This document shows positions 1 through 10,932 of a DNA stretch of 64,000 nt, piece by piece. The notes under the pieces are model-generated. The model made no database searches. It was not told where the DNA came from and saw only the letters and a list, made by a program, of their open reading frames with translations. The position numbers and the translations under genes were made by a program. Source of the DNA: Chloropicon primus (lineage: Eukaryota); assembly GCA_023205875.1 (NCBI GenBank), contig CP060764.1:310001-374000 (forward strand), written 5' to 3'. Within the stretch, counting starts at the first letter, position 1, and each line of letters opens with the position of its first letter.

Positions 1-1822
1 TCACGACCACCTTGCTGTTCCAGGGCATCAAGTAAATGTATGCGGTGGCAGTCTGAGTGCCCCACAGGCTCGAGTAGCAGCTGAACGTCACGCTGTTCTG
101 ACCCTCTTTCAGATTCAGCATTTCAAGCTGCGCTGAGCTTGGAGTGAACATGCTGGAGGCCGATTCACTTTCCTCAGCGCCAGAAGCCTCTTCGGGGGCC
201 ACCTCCTGGTTTTCGATGTCCGCTTCCGGGGCAGCATCGGGGCTCTTTCCGTCCTCTCCCTCCGCCTTGCCCTTGTCTTCCATCCCCTTTTCCGGGGTCC
301 TGAAACTCGAAGAGAGCCAGGAGAAGAACCTCCATTTTTCTTCCTGCCTTTTGGTCCGCTCGATGATGTTCCAACTGAGGTTCACGGGCTGGCTGGGCTG
401 CAAAGCGATGACGTGCTTTGGGCACTCCTTCGGGCACTCCTGGAATGCCAAGAAGGCCATCGTGATGCTCGAAACGTCGGACCACTTCATGAGAACGTTG
501 CCAACCCTGCACACAAGGTCGTCCACGACGGCGGCACCATCAGGCACTCCCTTTGCGCCTCCTTTGAGAAGATCATCCAGGTCGGCCTTGGATATGATCT
601 TGCTGTTGAAGATTTCTTGCACCTCGGCCGACGTCATCTCCAGCTCCCCCGCTTCCCCTATCGGCAGGGTGCCCGTCATCGCCTCGACGGAGGACTTGTC
701 GTTCTCTATGATACAGTTTGCTAATTCTTGCCCGCACGCGGATATCTCCATGCTCTTGAAAGCCTTCAAGCCCGACCGCTTGAGCAAGCTCCTTGCCTCC
801 GCTGCGAACTCCATGCTCCAACTCGTGGGCATCGAGTCCAGCGTGCTGTCAAGCGGAGGATCGCCTGGCTGGCTGCTGCTCGCGCCGTTCTCGCTACCCC
901 TGTCCGAGTTCCCAGCAAGCTCAGCACCCAGGCTCACCTCCTGGTCCCCCTCAAAGGCGTCCACGTCGCTCACTACTAGCTCCTCCAGGGTGCACCCTTC
1001 CGCCATCTTCCTGATCCTCTCCTCCAGGGAGTTGGCCTTGTCCAGATCAACGCCCTCGTAAGCGTCCAAAGAAGCGGTCCTGTTGTGCGAAACCCGCACG
1101 GTCCCGTCTCGCATGATCTCAATGCCAGCTTGGCTGTCCAGGGAGAGGCTTCGGTCCAACGAGTAGTAGTTCTTCCCCGAGTTAGCGAGCGCCAACTGTG
1201 CAATAGGACTCATCCCCCCATCCTCCGGCGAGCTGTAGCCAGTCACGCCCAACGAGTCCAGCGAATCCCCGAGCATGGTCCCTGGGATGTCCTTGGCCCC
1301 CTCCGTGGCGCCCTCCTTCACCACGGCCTCCAATTCCCTCGCAGACTTGTCTATCGACTGCTTCCTCGATATCGTCGCGAGCTCATTCGTGTTGCTCGTC
1401 CCCGGAGCAAAGTAAGCGACCCCAGTCCTCCCCAGGCGCATGCTCCATGGCATCGTCACCCCATTCACCGTGATGTACACCTCCTTCTCTCGCCGCTTCA
1501 GCAGCCCCTGGTACTTGCCGAAGCGTACATAGAAGGGGCTTGAAGCGATGGAGGCGTCCTTCTTCTTGACGCACACGATGTCGACCGCTCCACTCAAGTG
1601 AGGGAACGGCAGAGTCACCGCATCCGTCACAGAGAACGAGGACGGGGACTGAGTCCCAGACCTGATGCTCATGATATCACCTGATGATGGACAGTGTGTT
1701 TGCACTTTGGAGTTGTGTCTCCTCCTCCGTCGTCGTCGACGAACGCGAAACTATTTACCGAGGCTTTGGCTTCGTGCGCACGTCCAGTGGTTCGTCATCG
1801 TCATTCCAGTCGATCCGCTCAT
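1..1822 (-). CDS. PAH1: Lipin / phosphatidate phosphatase, 5' part (runs off the left edge)
   Basis: Reverse-strand translation gives the N-LIP motif LSGAVDIVCV..SSPFYVRFGKYQGLLKRREKEVYITVNG. Start is either the ATG at 1672 or an upstream exon (ATG 1822) joined by a GT-AG intron at 1681-1758. It is absent from the ORF track because no stop falls inside the window. Confidence 0.85.
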
Positions 1823-2194
1823 CCCTCGCTCGCTCTCCCCCTGCCGCTTCCGACCGTCCTCGTCCTCTGCCGCTCGTCGTTTCAGCTGCCTCGCCCGAGG
1901 GACTGCTGGCTTTCTTCGTCTCCCAGATGGATGCTCTTGTGCTTGGCTGGAGAGGATGAGAAGGATGATGATGGGGGAGGGGGGGTGATGGGGGAGGGGG
2001 AGGGGGGCAGGAGGGGCAGGTTAGGTGCAGGGGGCACAAGCATCTCTTCCTCTTTCTAATGAGCCCCGCCCTCGATGGAAAAGATATTGAAAGAGGGGGA
2101 CGAGGGGGGGGACGAGGGGGGGGGGGGTGAAGGAGGGAGGGCGGTTTTACTGCAGTAAAAATACCAGATAAATTAATTGGGTTTCGTTTTTTTA

Positions 2195-3724
2195 TTACTC
2201 AAATGGCTCCTCCATCTCGTCGTCGCTTCCGATGCCCCTCGACTCTTGCGCTTGGAAGCTGGTCTCTTCGGAGATGGAATCGGTGTGACCGTGGCCGTGG
2301 CCCATGTTGTCGAGCACCACCTTGGATTCGTAGGAGCTAGGCAGCGGCTCCTGGTAGCTGCCCCTGGACGCGCTGCCGAACACCATGGCGTCCGTTCCTC
2401 TCGCGTAAGGGCCCCTTGGCGTCTGAACTGGCGTGTTCGCCACGGAACCAGCGCGGCTGGCCGCGGGAGAAATGAGACTTCGGCCCAGCCTGAAACTGCG
2501 AGCCATGGTGTTGGTGAAGATTTTTCTCATTCCCCTTCCCCCCTGGTCCTTCGAGGAGTTGACCTGCGCCGTCTTACCCAGTGCGCTTGGCAGCAGGGGC
2601 TCCCTGATTTCCTCGGAGATTTGGGGCAAAGTAAGCTCCCTCTTCTTCTTCTTGTCGCCCGGCCCCTTGATGATGCCGTTGAACATGCTCGTTCCGCTTA
2701 TCAGCACCAGGAACCCGAGGACCTGGAAGGAGATCTTCATCGCTCCCTTCTCCTCCCAGCCCACGTGGAGGCTGTACATCCAAACGAACAGAGTCCTGCA
2801 GGCGTCTATGGTCGCCCTGGAGGCACCGGAAAGCCTCTTCGTGAGCGTGATCCCGAAGAAGTTGAAAAAGGCGATCGAGAAAATGCTTCCCAGCGTCGCG
2901 ATCAGGAGCGGTCTCGAGGCCTTGATCTGCTCGATGGCTATGGGGAGGGAGTCGAAAGGCCTCCCGTTCGAGTCCTTGACCTGGGCCATGACGGGCAGCA
3001 GGATCATACAGGCAAGGAAACCCCAAATTCCCTCCAGGCCTACCGCCACGTGAGGCTGGACCCCGTACTTGCCGAGGTACTTCTCCTCCACAATGAACTG
3101 GAACGCTGCCGCGATCTGGGCGCTCACGACCAAGAGGTTCCCGAGCATGGGGTTTGACGCGTCGTCGTTGCTACTATTGTTTTGGTGCTTGCCGAAGTGC
3201 AGCACGGAGACAGAGCCCACAATGCCTGCTCCGAGCACGATAAGGACGAGAGACCACCACTGCGCCTTCGTTAACTTTTTCCCCAGGAGAGAGTAGGTGA
3301 ACATACCGGCGAAGAACACCACGGTGCCCCTGAGCATCTGGTACACGGAGGGGTACGTGAAGAAAATCCCCACGTTCAGCAGAGTCGTCCCCGATACGTC
3401 GCACATGGCAGGCACCGCAAAGCTAAACAGAGCCTTGAACCTTCTATTCCACGAGGAGCCTTCCCCATTCTTGTCGCCCCTCGATCCCCTGCACAAGTTG
3501 TACACGACCGAAATGAAAGCCGGTATCAGGCAAAGCATCTCTCCCATGAACATCTCCGCACTCTGCACGGCAAAGTGCTCGAACTTCTGCACGCACTCGT
3601 TCTTCTCGTTGTACTTGACGCACTGTATGTCCTGGTACTTGGTCGCTATCGTGTTCACCGTCCCTGTCAGGAGCATCAGGACGATGAGTATCAGCGTGAT
3701 GAAGCTTTCTCTGTTCAACTCCAT
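2195..3724 (-). CDS. SLC35F6-like drug/metabolite (nucleotide-sugar transporter family) membrane protein
   Basis: About 10 TM helices; motifs MFMGEMLCL, SVYQMLRG, QFIVEEKY, VGLEGIWG, RATIDACRT. Probable start is MELNRES. Confidence 0.85.
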   Translation of the reverse strand: MELNRESFITLILIVLMLLTGTVNTIATKYQDIQCVKYNEKNECVQKFEHFAVQSAEMFMGEMLCLIPAFISVVYNLCRGSRGDKNGEGSSWNRRFKALFSFAVPAMCDVSGTTLLNVGIFFTYPSVYQMLRGTVVFFAGMFTYSLLGKKLTKAQWWSLVLIVLGAGIVGSVSVLHFGKHQNNSSNDDASNPMLGNLLVVSAQIAAAFQFIVEEKYLGKYGVQPHVAVGLEGIWGFLACMILLPVMAQVKDSNGRPFDSLPIAIEQIKASRPLLIATLGSIFSIAFFNFFGITLTKRLSGASRATIDACRTLFVWMYSLHVGWEEKGAMKISFQVLGFLVLISGTSMFNGIIKGPGDKKKKRELTLPQISEEIREPLLPSALGKTAQVNSSKDQGGRGMRKIFTNTMARSFRLGRSLISPAASRAGSVANTPVQTPRGPYARGTDAMVFGSASRGSYQEPLPSSYESKVVLDNMGHGHGHTDSISEETSFQAQESRGIGSDDEMEEPFE

Positions 3725-4740
3725 GATGATGCCGTCCAAGCAACAACAACAACAACAACAACAAAAATGAACAAGTCTTCTATCCAATTCTCCAATCTAT
3801 ATCTCAATGGACTCGCAAAGAAAGCCCTTCCCCGGTGCCGCCGTCGACTCGTGCGTTACGACTGACTCCACAAATAAATAAACGAAATGAATCTATCCAC
3901 CGCAGCGCCGCCACCCCAAAGCCTTCAACACTCTCCCGGACCGACCGCCGTTCCTTAGTCCAGCATGTTCTTCTTCCTCTCAAACAATGAAGAATGGAAT
4001 AAAGGAAAGAAAAAAAATGAAAGAGGAAGCAACTCGGAGGAGAAGAACGCGGCAATCCTTCGCGCCCCGTCAAGCGTTACACCGTCCTCGACCTCTCCTC
4101 GACAGCTCACTTCTCCTTTCCCGGCTCTTCGCAAAACGAGTTGGAGATGGAGAGAGGGGAGACCATTCCATTTTCAGCAACTCGCTTGATGAAATCTGGG
4201 AGGAAAGCGACGGGCGAGGGCTCATTCGAGAGAGGAAGAGACAAAGCTTCGATCTGTTTCTTTCCCCCTCCCCAAAGCTCCCGTCCCGTGACCGCAACTC
4301 GGCCGCAAACTCACCTTTTGTTTCCCGGCCCTTCGTCGCGATGGAATTGGTCTGCAAAGTCAACTAAAGTCTCTGGCGAACCAGGAGGGAGGGGAGGGAG
4401 GGGATGATGATGATGATGGTGGTGGTGGGGAGGGAGGATTGGGAGGGGATTGTGTCTTGCATGGTCTCTTCCACTGGATCTTGCTCCTTTCACTGGATCT
4501 TGCTCCTTGTACCACTGCTCTGCTCCTTCCAAAGAGAAGAGTCCTTTGATGGATGGAGGAGGAGGAGGGAAAGGGAGGTACAGAGACCAGGAGCCAAGGG
4601 AGGACTTGCTTGGGGGGGGGGGCATCGGTCAGCAGGAGAGTGGAATCTATTAACTTAAAACCGATTTTTTTATTGCACAATGAAAGGATGGTGGCCTCTC
4701 TCTCCCTGCCTCTCTGTCTCTATGGTATCTGGCTGCTTGA

Positions 4741-5757
4741 CTACTTCGAGAACCCGACAGACCAGCCCTCGGTCGCGTTCGAGAAGCTTCCGAGGTAAGA
4801 GTCTACGGACTTTTGCTGAGCTTGAGACGTAGCCGATGGCAAGTAAAAGCCGGACTTGATGATCTGCTTTTGCGTCTCGGAGAGCACCTTTGGGAAAAGA
4901 ACCTCAAAGGCGACGACAAGGCAACCCTTGCCTCCGTTTCCCGTGGGCAAGCCCTCGTCCTCGATCGTCAACACGTCTCCCGTTTGCACAATGTTCGTGA
5001 CAGGAATGCAGAGCGTCCGCTTGTCGAGCGTCTGAAGGTCGATACTGAAACCGGTGAGGGACTTGACCAAAGGTATCTGCACCTTGAAGATCAAGTCCGC
5101 CCCGTCCCTCTCGAACAGAGGGTGGGCCTCCTCCTCCACGACGTAAACGATTGAGCCTGCCTTGCACCCAGGCACCTGGTGGCCCGCCCCATCGAAGACG
5201 TACCTCGTGCCGGACTTGCACCCTGGGCTAATGGGGATGTTAAACTTCTTGGTCTCGGCCTTGACCGTCCCGTTCTCGAAAAGGATCTTCCTCTCGTTCT
5301 CCACCATCTTGTTGCACCCCGTGTAGATGTCCTCCAGGGACACTGGGAGCTTGATCGTCTTCTTCTTGCCCGGCTTGAGCACCGGAGTGCCGAGCACGGA
5401 CTGCAAGCTCTTGGACAAGTCCTCCAAGGCAGCAAAGGGGTTCTCCGTTCCGAAGAACTCCACGAAAGTCTCCAAAGGCGTCTTCTTGCACGCGTAGAAG
5501 CCTCCCTTCTTCGTTCCCTTGCCATCCGTCACGCCATACTTGATGCCCTCCTCGCCGTAAAGGTCGTAGAACCCCTTGGTCTTTGGGTTGCACAACACGT
5601 CGTACGCCTCACTTATCAGGCCAAACACGGCAACAGAATCCTCGCTTGAGGTTCTGTCCGGATGGTGCTTCAGAGCGAGCTTGCGGTAAGCCTTCTGGAC
5701 ATCTGCCGTAGTCGCAGTCCTCTGAAGGGAAAGTATCTCGTAATAGTCCAAACCCAT
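4741..5757 (-). CDS. RSP16: Type II Hsp40, radial spoke protein 16 / DNAJB13 orthologue
   Basis: J domain (HPD) plus DnaJ C-terminal domain. MGLDYYE, YDVLCNPKTKGFYDLYGE, FFGTENPF and ETQKQIIKSGFYLP closely match Chlamydomonas RSP16 as recalled. Confidence 0.8.
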   Translation of the reverse strand: MGLDYYEILSLQRTATTADVQKAYRKLALKHHPDRTSSEDSVAVFGLISEAYDVLCNPKTKGFYDLYGEEGIKYGVTDGKGTKKGGFYACKKTPLETFVEFFGTENPFAALEDLSKSLQSVLGTPVLKPGKKKTIKLPVSLEDIYTGCNKMVENERKILFENGTVKAETKKFNIPISPGCKSGTRYVFDGAGHQVPGCKAGSIVYVVEEEAHPLFERDGADLIFKVQIPLVKSLTGFSIDLQTLDKRTLCIPVTNIVQTGDVLTIEDEGLPTGNGGKGCLVVAFEVLFPKVLSETQKQIIKSGFYLPSATSQAQQKSVDSYLGSFSNATEGWSVGFSK

Positions 5758-6374
5758 CTCGACAAGAAGAGGTTCTTCGCTTCAATGGAATGGAATGCGA
5801 CCGACTGACTTTCCGACCAAGTGGTTCCCGTCACAAGTGAGTGAGTTGTGTGTTGGAACAAGGTAAAGGTGAAGTCTTTAGATTTGGGTTCTCAAGGTGA
5901 TGGGCCGTGGTCGTGTTCTCTCTCTTGCCCTCGTCCTCGTCTTGCTCTCCCCCCTCGGCCCTGGCTCGCTCTTGGTCAAACCCGATAATTCTTGTTGGGT
6001 TTGACTTCAATGAGAGAGGAATGGAATGGCAGGGAGATGAGCCGGAGCAGAGGATGGCCATGGGATGGGCCATGGGAGGAGGAGGGAAGGACGGAGGAGG
6101 GAGGGATGGGGGGGAGGGATGGGAGGGATGGGAGGAAGAGGGTGGGAGGCGTTGACTCTGCTTCCTCTCTTTTCAAGATGAACAAGGGTCACTTGGAAAA
6201 GGAATGAGGAGGGGAGGGGGGAGACCATTCTTTTTATTTTGCCGGAGACGACTGACGACACAAAGGACAAAGGGAAGGAAACGTTCATCACCGACATTAC
6301 GTTATTCGCTGGTCTTCTTGCGCACGTAAAACCTTTTGCAAATTACGCTTGGCTTTAGGTCTCTTTTGGATCCA

Positions 6375-7491
6375 TCAACGAACCTTCTCCAGCTTGCCGT
6401 TCTTGAGTATGTAGGAGCCCGGCGACCCGATGAAGTAGTTTGCGTCAAAGGAGGGCTTGTCCCACTCGTACTCTCCGTCGTTGAGCACGAACTCGAGGTT
6501 CGAGGCGGTGATACTAAAAATTTTGTGGTTTGGCAGCTCCCCCGTTTTCATCTTCATGCCAGGGGAGTCGGTCCAACCGGACTGCTCTGGGCTGTTGAAG
6601 TGGATGAAGGCGGGCTCCCAGGACGTCTCGTACAAGATCGAGATCACCCCGGTCGCCGCCTCGAATGGCGTCCCGCCGCCCTCGTCGTCGTCGTCGTAGT
6701 CGGACAAGAACACCTCGGTCTCCTGCTCGGCTTGCTCCACCGCGACCTCGCCCCCGGCCGGAGACCCGCTCGCGCCGTTCGCAACCTTCTTCTCGACCTC
6801 CTCCCTCTTCGCCTCCTGCTTCAAGCTTGCCGCCTCTTGCGCCACCGCCATCGTTACCCCAAAGGCGTCCTTCTCCGCCTGCGAGAGCCTCTCTTCTAGG
6901 TCTATGATCTTGGCCCTCGCCTCCGCGAGCTCTTCCAGCGCGTACAGCCTGCTCTGGTTCAGGTCAATGATGCGCTGCTGGGCCTCTTTGAACATCTCGA
7001 GCACGTCCTGCGCGTTCGTTCCGACCAAGGGAGCGGGACCGGGCAAGGCAAAGGAACCGCATCAGTAAAACCGCCGGGTGGGAAGGGGCACAACTCCAAT
7101 CTTCTTCTTCTGAGGAGGAGGAGGAGGAGGTTGTGGACGTGGATGTGGTTGTGGGTTGGTCTCTCTCCCCCTTTCCTCAGCTTCCCGCCCTCTCCTTCCT
7201 TACCTGTGGAATCGCCGGATCGGTCACGTCGGACGCCATCGAAGCAGAGGATGACCTTCCCTCCTCCGCGCGAACAGCAGAAGACGACGAGGGCAACGAG
7301 GACTGGTGTTGGCGTTGGCCCTGGCCCTTCCCGAGGCGTCGTCGTCCACCACCTGCTCTCAACCGTGGACTCAGAGGCATCGCATGCCTCCCGAGCCTCG
7401 TCAGCCGCCGCGCCGACGCCGAGGCCCCGCCAACCCGCGAAGGCCCCGCCACCGACATGGACACACTCACTCCCGTCGCCAGCGTCGTCAT
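6375..7491 (-). CDS. Plastid-targeted coiled-coil + CBM25-like starch-binding protein (intron 7008-7203)
   Basis: Exon 1 encodes an S/R/A-rich transit peptide ending CAG|gtaagg. The branch site and cag acceptor join it in frame to DVLEMFKEAQQRIIDLNQSRL. The C-terminus ILYETSWEPAFIHF..GWTDSPGMKM..LEFVLNDGEYEWD..NY resembles CBM25. Confidence 0.7.
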
Positions 7492-8107
7492 CTAATCCCT
7501 CTCCTCTCCGTGGTGATCGCCTCCTCGTTTCCTTGTCTCAAATCCTCACCACTGGGCCGTTTCTTTCGAGCGAGGGCACTCTGAAAAGAGAAAGAGACGA
7601 TGATTTCGCCTGCCCACCTCTGGTCTTCCCTGTCTCCCCTCTCCTCCTGCTATCCCGGCGCTCGCCCTCGCGTTCTCTCCCTCTCTCCCTCTCCCTCGAC
7701 GAGAACTAGATTTTTTTGCCGGGAAAATCCAAAGATCCTTGGTTCTCAGGGCCAAAGGTGACCAAAGGTGAGTTTCGGCGCGGTTTGGGCGAGGACTGCG
7801 GCCGATGGGGTGCCAAGGAGGCATTGTGGGGGAAGAATCGCGTCCTTGTCTTTCCGAAGAGCTTTCGCTCGAACGATTTGGTATTCATTTGAGGTTCTGA
7901 GACAACTTTTGTGTGTTTGTGTTTGGTACCAGACAGAGGGGAGGCCAACTGCAGGATAGTGGGAAGCGGTTGGGACTGGTGAGTGAAGGTCTCGGGGGAC
8001 TGCGTCACTGGGGAACGGATCAACCACCGAAGGTCCTTTGGTTGGGTTTCCTTGAACCCTGAAGAGCCTTGAGCCACAGCTATGCGCACACAAGCCACTG
8101 TGGTGTG

Positions 8108-9214
8108 ATGGACGTGGAAGGCAAAGATAGCGCGAGGGGTGACCAAGGGGACCGCGAGGGGGCGGAGGCGATGAAGCAGGAGGCCCAAACGAAGATGGGA
8201 AGGGTCACGAGGACCTCAAAAATTGAGTTCATCGAGGAGGAGGAGGAGGAGGAGGAGGCCGAAGTGGCTGAGGAGGAGGGCCCAGAGACCTCAGTCAGCG
8301 AGGGTGGGAGTGGCGAGGAGGAGGAGGAAGAAGAAGAAGAAGAAGAAGAGGGCTTCAAAGTTCATGACGCCATCATATCCCCAGTGAAGACATCGAAAGT
8401 TCCCGCGTCGAAGCCTTGCAAGCACTACATCGACGTGGAGTTCACGCAGCCAACCGAAGTGAACTTCTTGTCTTTCCGGAACCACTACACGGCCTTCTGC
8501 ACGATAAAGATGAAGGTTTGGATGATAGACACGTGGATCACCCTAGCGGAGAGCGAGAAGCTCATGGGGAACCTTCACATCGAACACGATGCCCTGGACC
8601 ACTACGTGCTTCGGCTGGAAAGTCTTGAGCACGACTTGACGCGTGTCCAGTGCATCCGGATTTACTTGTGCCAGCCCTCGCCCATGTGGCTCCACGTCAA
8701 GTTTTCTCTGCACGACCTCGCCTTTTACCGGTCCGAGACCGCCGAGGATGTCTGGCAGTACATCGCCGAGAGTGGCGGGGAGGATGTCGCTGAGGGGAAC
8801 CGGCTGCGTGGCCTGAGCAGGGTCAATGGCCTTTCAGGAAGCACGGCGAACGGGAACGGGAATGGAAATTTTCACGAGCTTGACGCCTTGCCTCACAACG
8901 ACAGTGATGATTACAACGAGGTCAACGAAGACCAGGAAGACGACGAGGACTCCGAAGACGGGGATGAGGAGCTGGACGGCGAGCTGGTCATCGACGAGGA
9001 CTTGCACAGGAGGTAAGAGAACTGGAATGTGCTTTCCAGTTAGCACGCAATCGCGCGACATCGCTCTAACGACTCACGATTATTGGGTTTCGACAGGCTG
9101 TGCAAGTACTTGAACATCACCGCAAATGAGCTTGAGTTCGAGAACAAGGAGAGGGTGAACTTTGGATCTCAGGCGAGGGACAGGACGACGACGGTCAGGC
9201 TGGCGCCACCCTGA
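8108..9214 (+). CDS. NICN1: Nicolin-1-like protein (tubulin polyglutamylase complex subunit); probable intron 9013-9096
   Basis: IDVEF..LSFRNHYTAFCTIK..W..LM..H.EHDA..IRIYLCQPSPMWL matches the nicolin-1 core, with acidic flanks. A gtaaga donor, ctctaac branch and cag acceptor give an in-frame last exon ending TGA at 9214. Confidence 0.7.
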
Positions 9215-9388
9215 AACCGAACGAACGAACGAATGTACCACAAGACGAGCCACGCTAAAGTATCGTAAAATGTATCACAAAACAAAGCACCGCCACCACC
9301 ATTCTCTTCTTCAAAACTTGGATTCGTGCGACGACTTGCTCTCTCTCTCTCTCCATCAAAACTTTTCTTGCCCCTTGACCCTTGACCC

Positions 9389-10366
9389 TTACTCCTTGAT
9401 TTCCGACTCGCCTTGGATCCCTCCCTTCTTCAGCACGCTTCCCACGGCCAGGAGCAGCCCCACCATGAGCAAAAGGGGCTTTGGCCCGAACGCTCTCTGC
9501 AGTGCAAACAGACCGGCCCCAAGGGCGGCTAGGACGCCTCCGACAACGACCCAGGCGAGCTTCGAGGGCTCCCTTTCCATCTCCTTGAGAACTCCAGGGC
9601 TCTTGCTCTTCTCGTCCACGGTAAACACGAACAAGGACCCCCGCTTGCCCCGGCCGATCCTAATTTTGTTGGCATAGAGCGCCGGCGTCTCGAGCTCCAC
9701 GGAGGACTTCGGACCAAAGTTAAACGTCTGGCCAAACAGAGTGAACTTGGGCCTCTCGAAGACGACTTGGACTGTCGAGTTCTCCTTGGTCACGAAGGTC
9801 CCCGCCAACTGAATGCTCCCGGGAAGCAGGCCGAACAGGTGGAAAGTCACCATGTTCTTGACAATGTTGGGCCTCAAGATGGCCTGGTACAGGCCAGAGG
9901 TCCTGAACAGCAGGCGCCCCAACTTTCCCCTGAACCTGCCCCCCGCAGGAGCGTCTCCCTCGGGCACGCCCGGCCCGGGGGAAGTGTAAACGACGCTGTA
10001 CGTCGCGAACAGCCCGGGGTTGGAGAGGGGGGACTGCTTGCTCGAGAGGTCGATCAGCTTCTCGATGTTGCCATCAATCTTCTTCCTCTTCTCCGGCGTC
10101 GCAGCTGCGCCGCTGTCCGTCCCCTTGACGTCCTCCAATATCGCCAGGATGGTCTCGTTCAACTCCCCCTCGTTGCTCAGCAGCTGGGATTCCGCTTCGC
10201 CCGCGTACGTTAGAAGCACCTGGGAGTAACGGCTTCTCCTCCGACTTCCGCGTGAGTCGCTCTGGAGGCCCTTGGCGCGGTAGCAGTGCGCTCGAACCGA
10301 GAGACCGTGGCCACGCTCCAGGCTCCTGCCAAGCAGGCTGCGACTTCCCGCAGTGCTCGTCGCCAT
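9389..10366 (-). CDS. Plastid PAP/fibrillin-domain protein with C-terminal TM hairpin
   Basis: Transit peptide; VKGTDSGAAATPEKRKKIDGNIEKL, YSVVYTS, APAGGRFRG, IRIGRGKRGSLFVF are fibrillin motifs. Confidence 0.75.
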   Translation of the reverse strand: MATSTAGSRSLLGRSLERGHGLSVRAHCYRAKGLQSDSRGSRRRSRYSQVLLTYAGEAESQLLSNEGELNETILAILEDVKGTDSGAAATPEKRKKIDGNIEKLIDLSSKQSPLSNPGLFATYSVVYTSPGPGVPEGDAPAGGRFRGKLGRLLFRTSGLYQAILRPNIVKNMVTFHLFGLLPGSIQLAGTFVTKENSTVQVVFERPKFTLFGQTFNFGPKSSVELETPALYANKIRIGRGKRGSLFVFTVDEKSKSPGVLKEMEREPSKLAWVVVGGVLAALGAGLFALQRAFGPKPLLLMVGLLLAVGSVLKKGGIQGESEIKE

Positions 10367-10932
10367 CCCAACCGTTTCCGTCAAGTGAGGGACCGATCGA
10401 AAGATCGCGAGATGCACCGTCAAGCTCTGTCCACTTCCGTCACAAAAACTTCCGCCCTCGGTCCTTAAAAGTCGCTTGAAACCGCGCGGCGTCCCTCGCG
10501 AGGCGACGACCTCCCAAAACGTTTTGGTTTTTCACGAGATGCAGATTGCGGATAAAGCGGTCTGGACTTCGACGGTCGAGGTGAGTGCGCGTCTTTCTCG
10601 GGGGGGGAATGGCGGACGAGTGCGACGAGTGAGGCCGAAGGAGGCTTCGTAATCGGAATCCTTGTCTCTCTCTCTTTTGTTTGAACCCTTGGGCGAGGCA
10701 TTTGGCCACCGGGAAGAGGATGAAAGGACTCAAAAGCTTCTGTCTCGACGTTTGAATGGAATGCCTCCATAGGTGCAGCAGAGAGGGAGGGAGCGAGGGA
10801 GCGGAAGGTGAGGCGGAGGGTCTCACTCTAATGGCGCCGCGGACAAGCACTGCGTCGTCTGCGTCGCCGTCGTCGTCGTCGTTTTCAAGGGATTGGGATT
10901 GGGATTGAGTTTGGTGTTTGAGTTTGGGAAGG

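Noticed and set aside
4472..4508. 19-bp direct duplication cactggatcttgctcctt
   Set aside because: An ordinary slippage duplication with no further structure.
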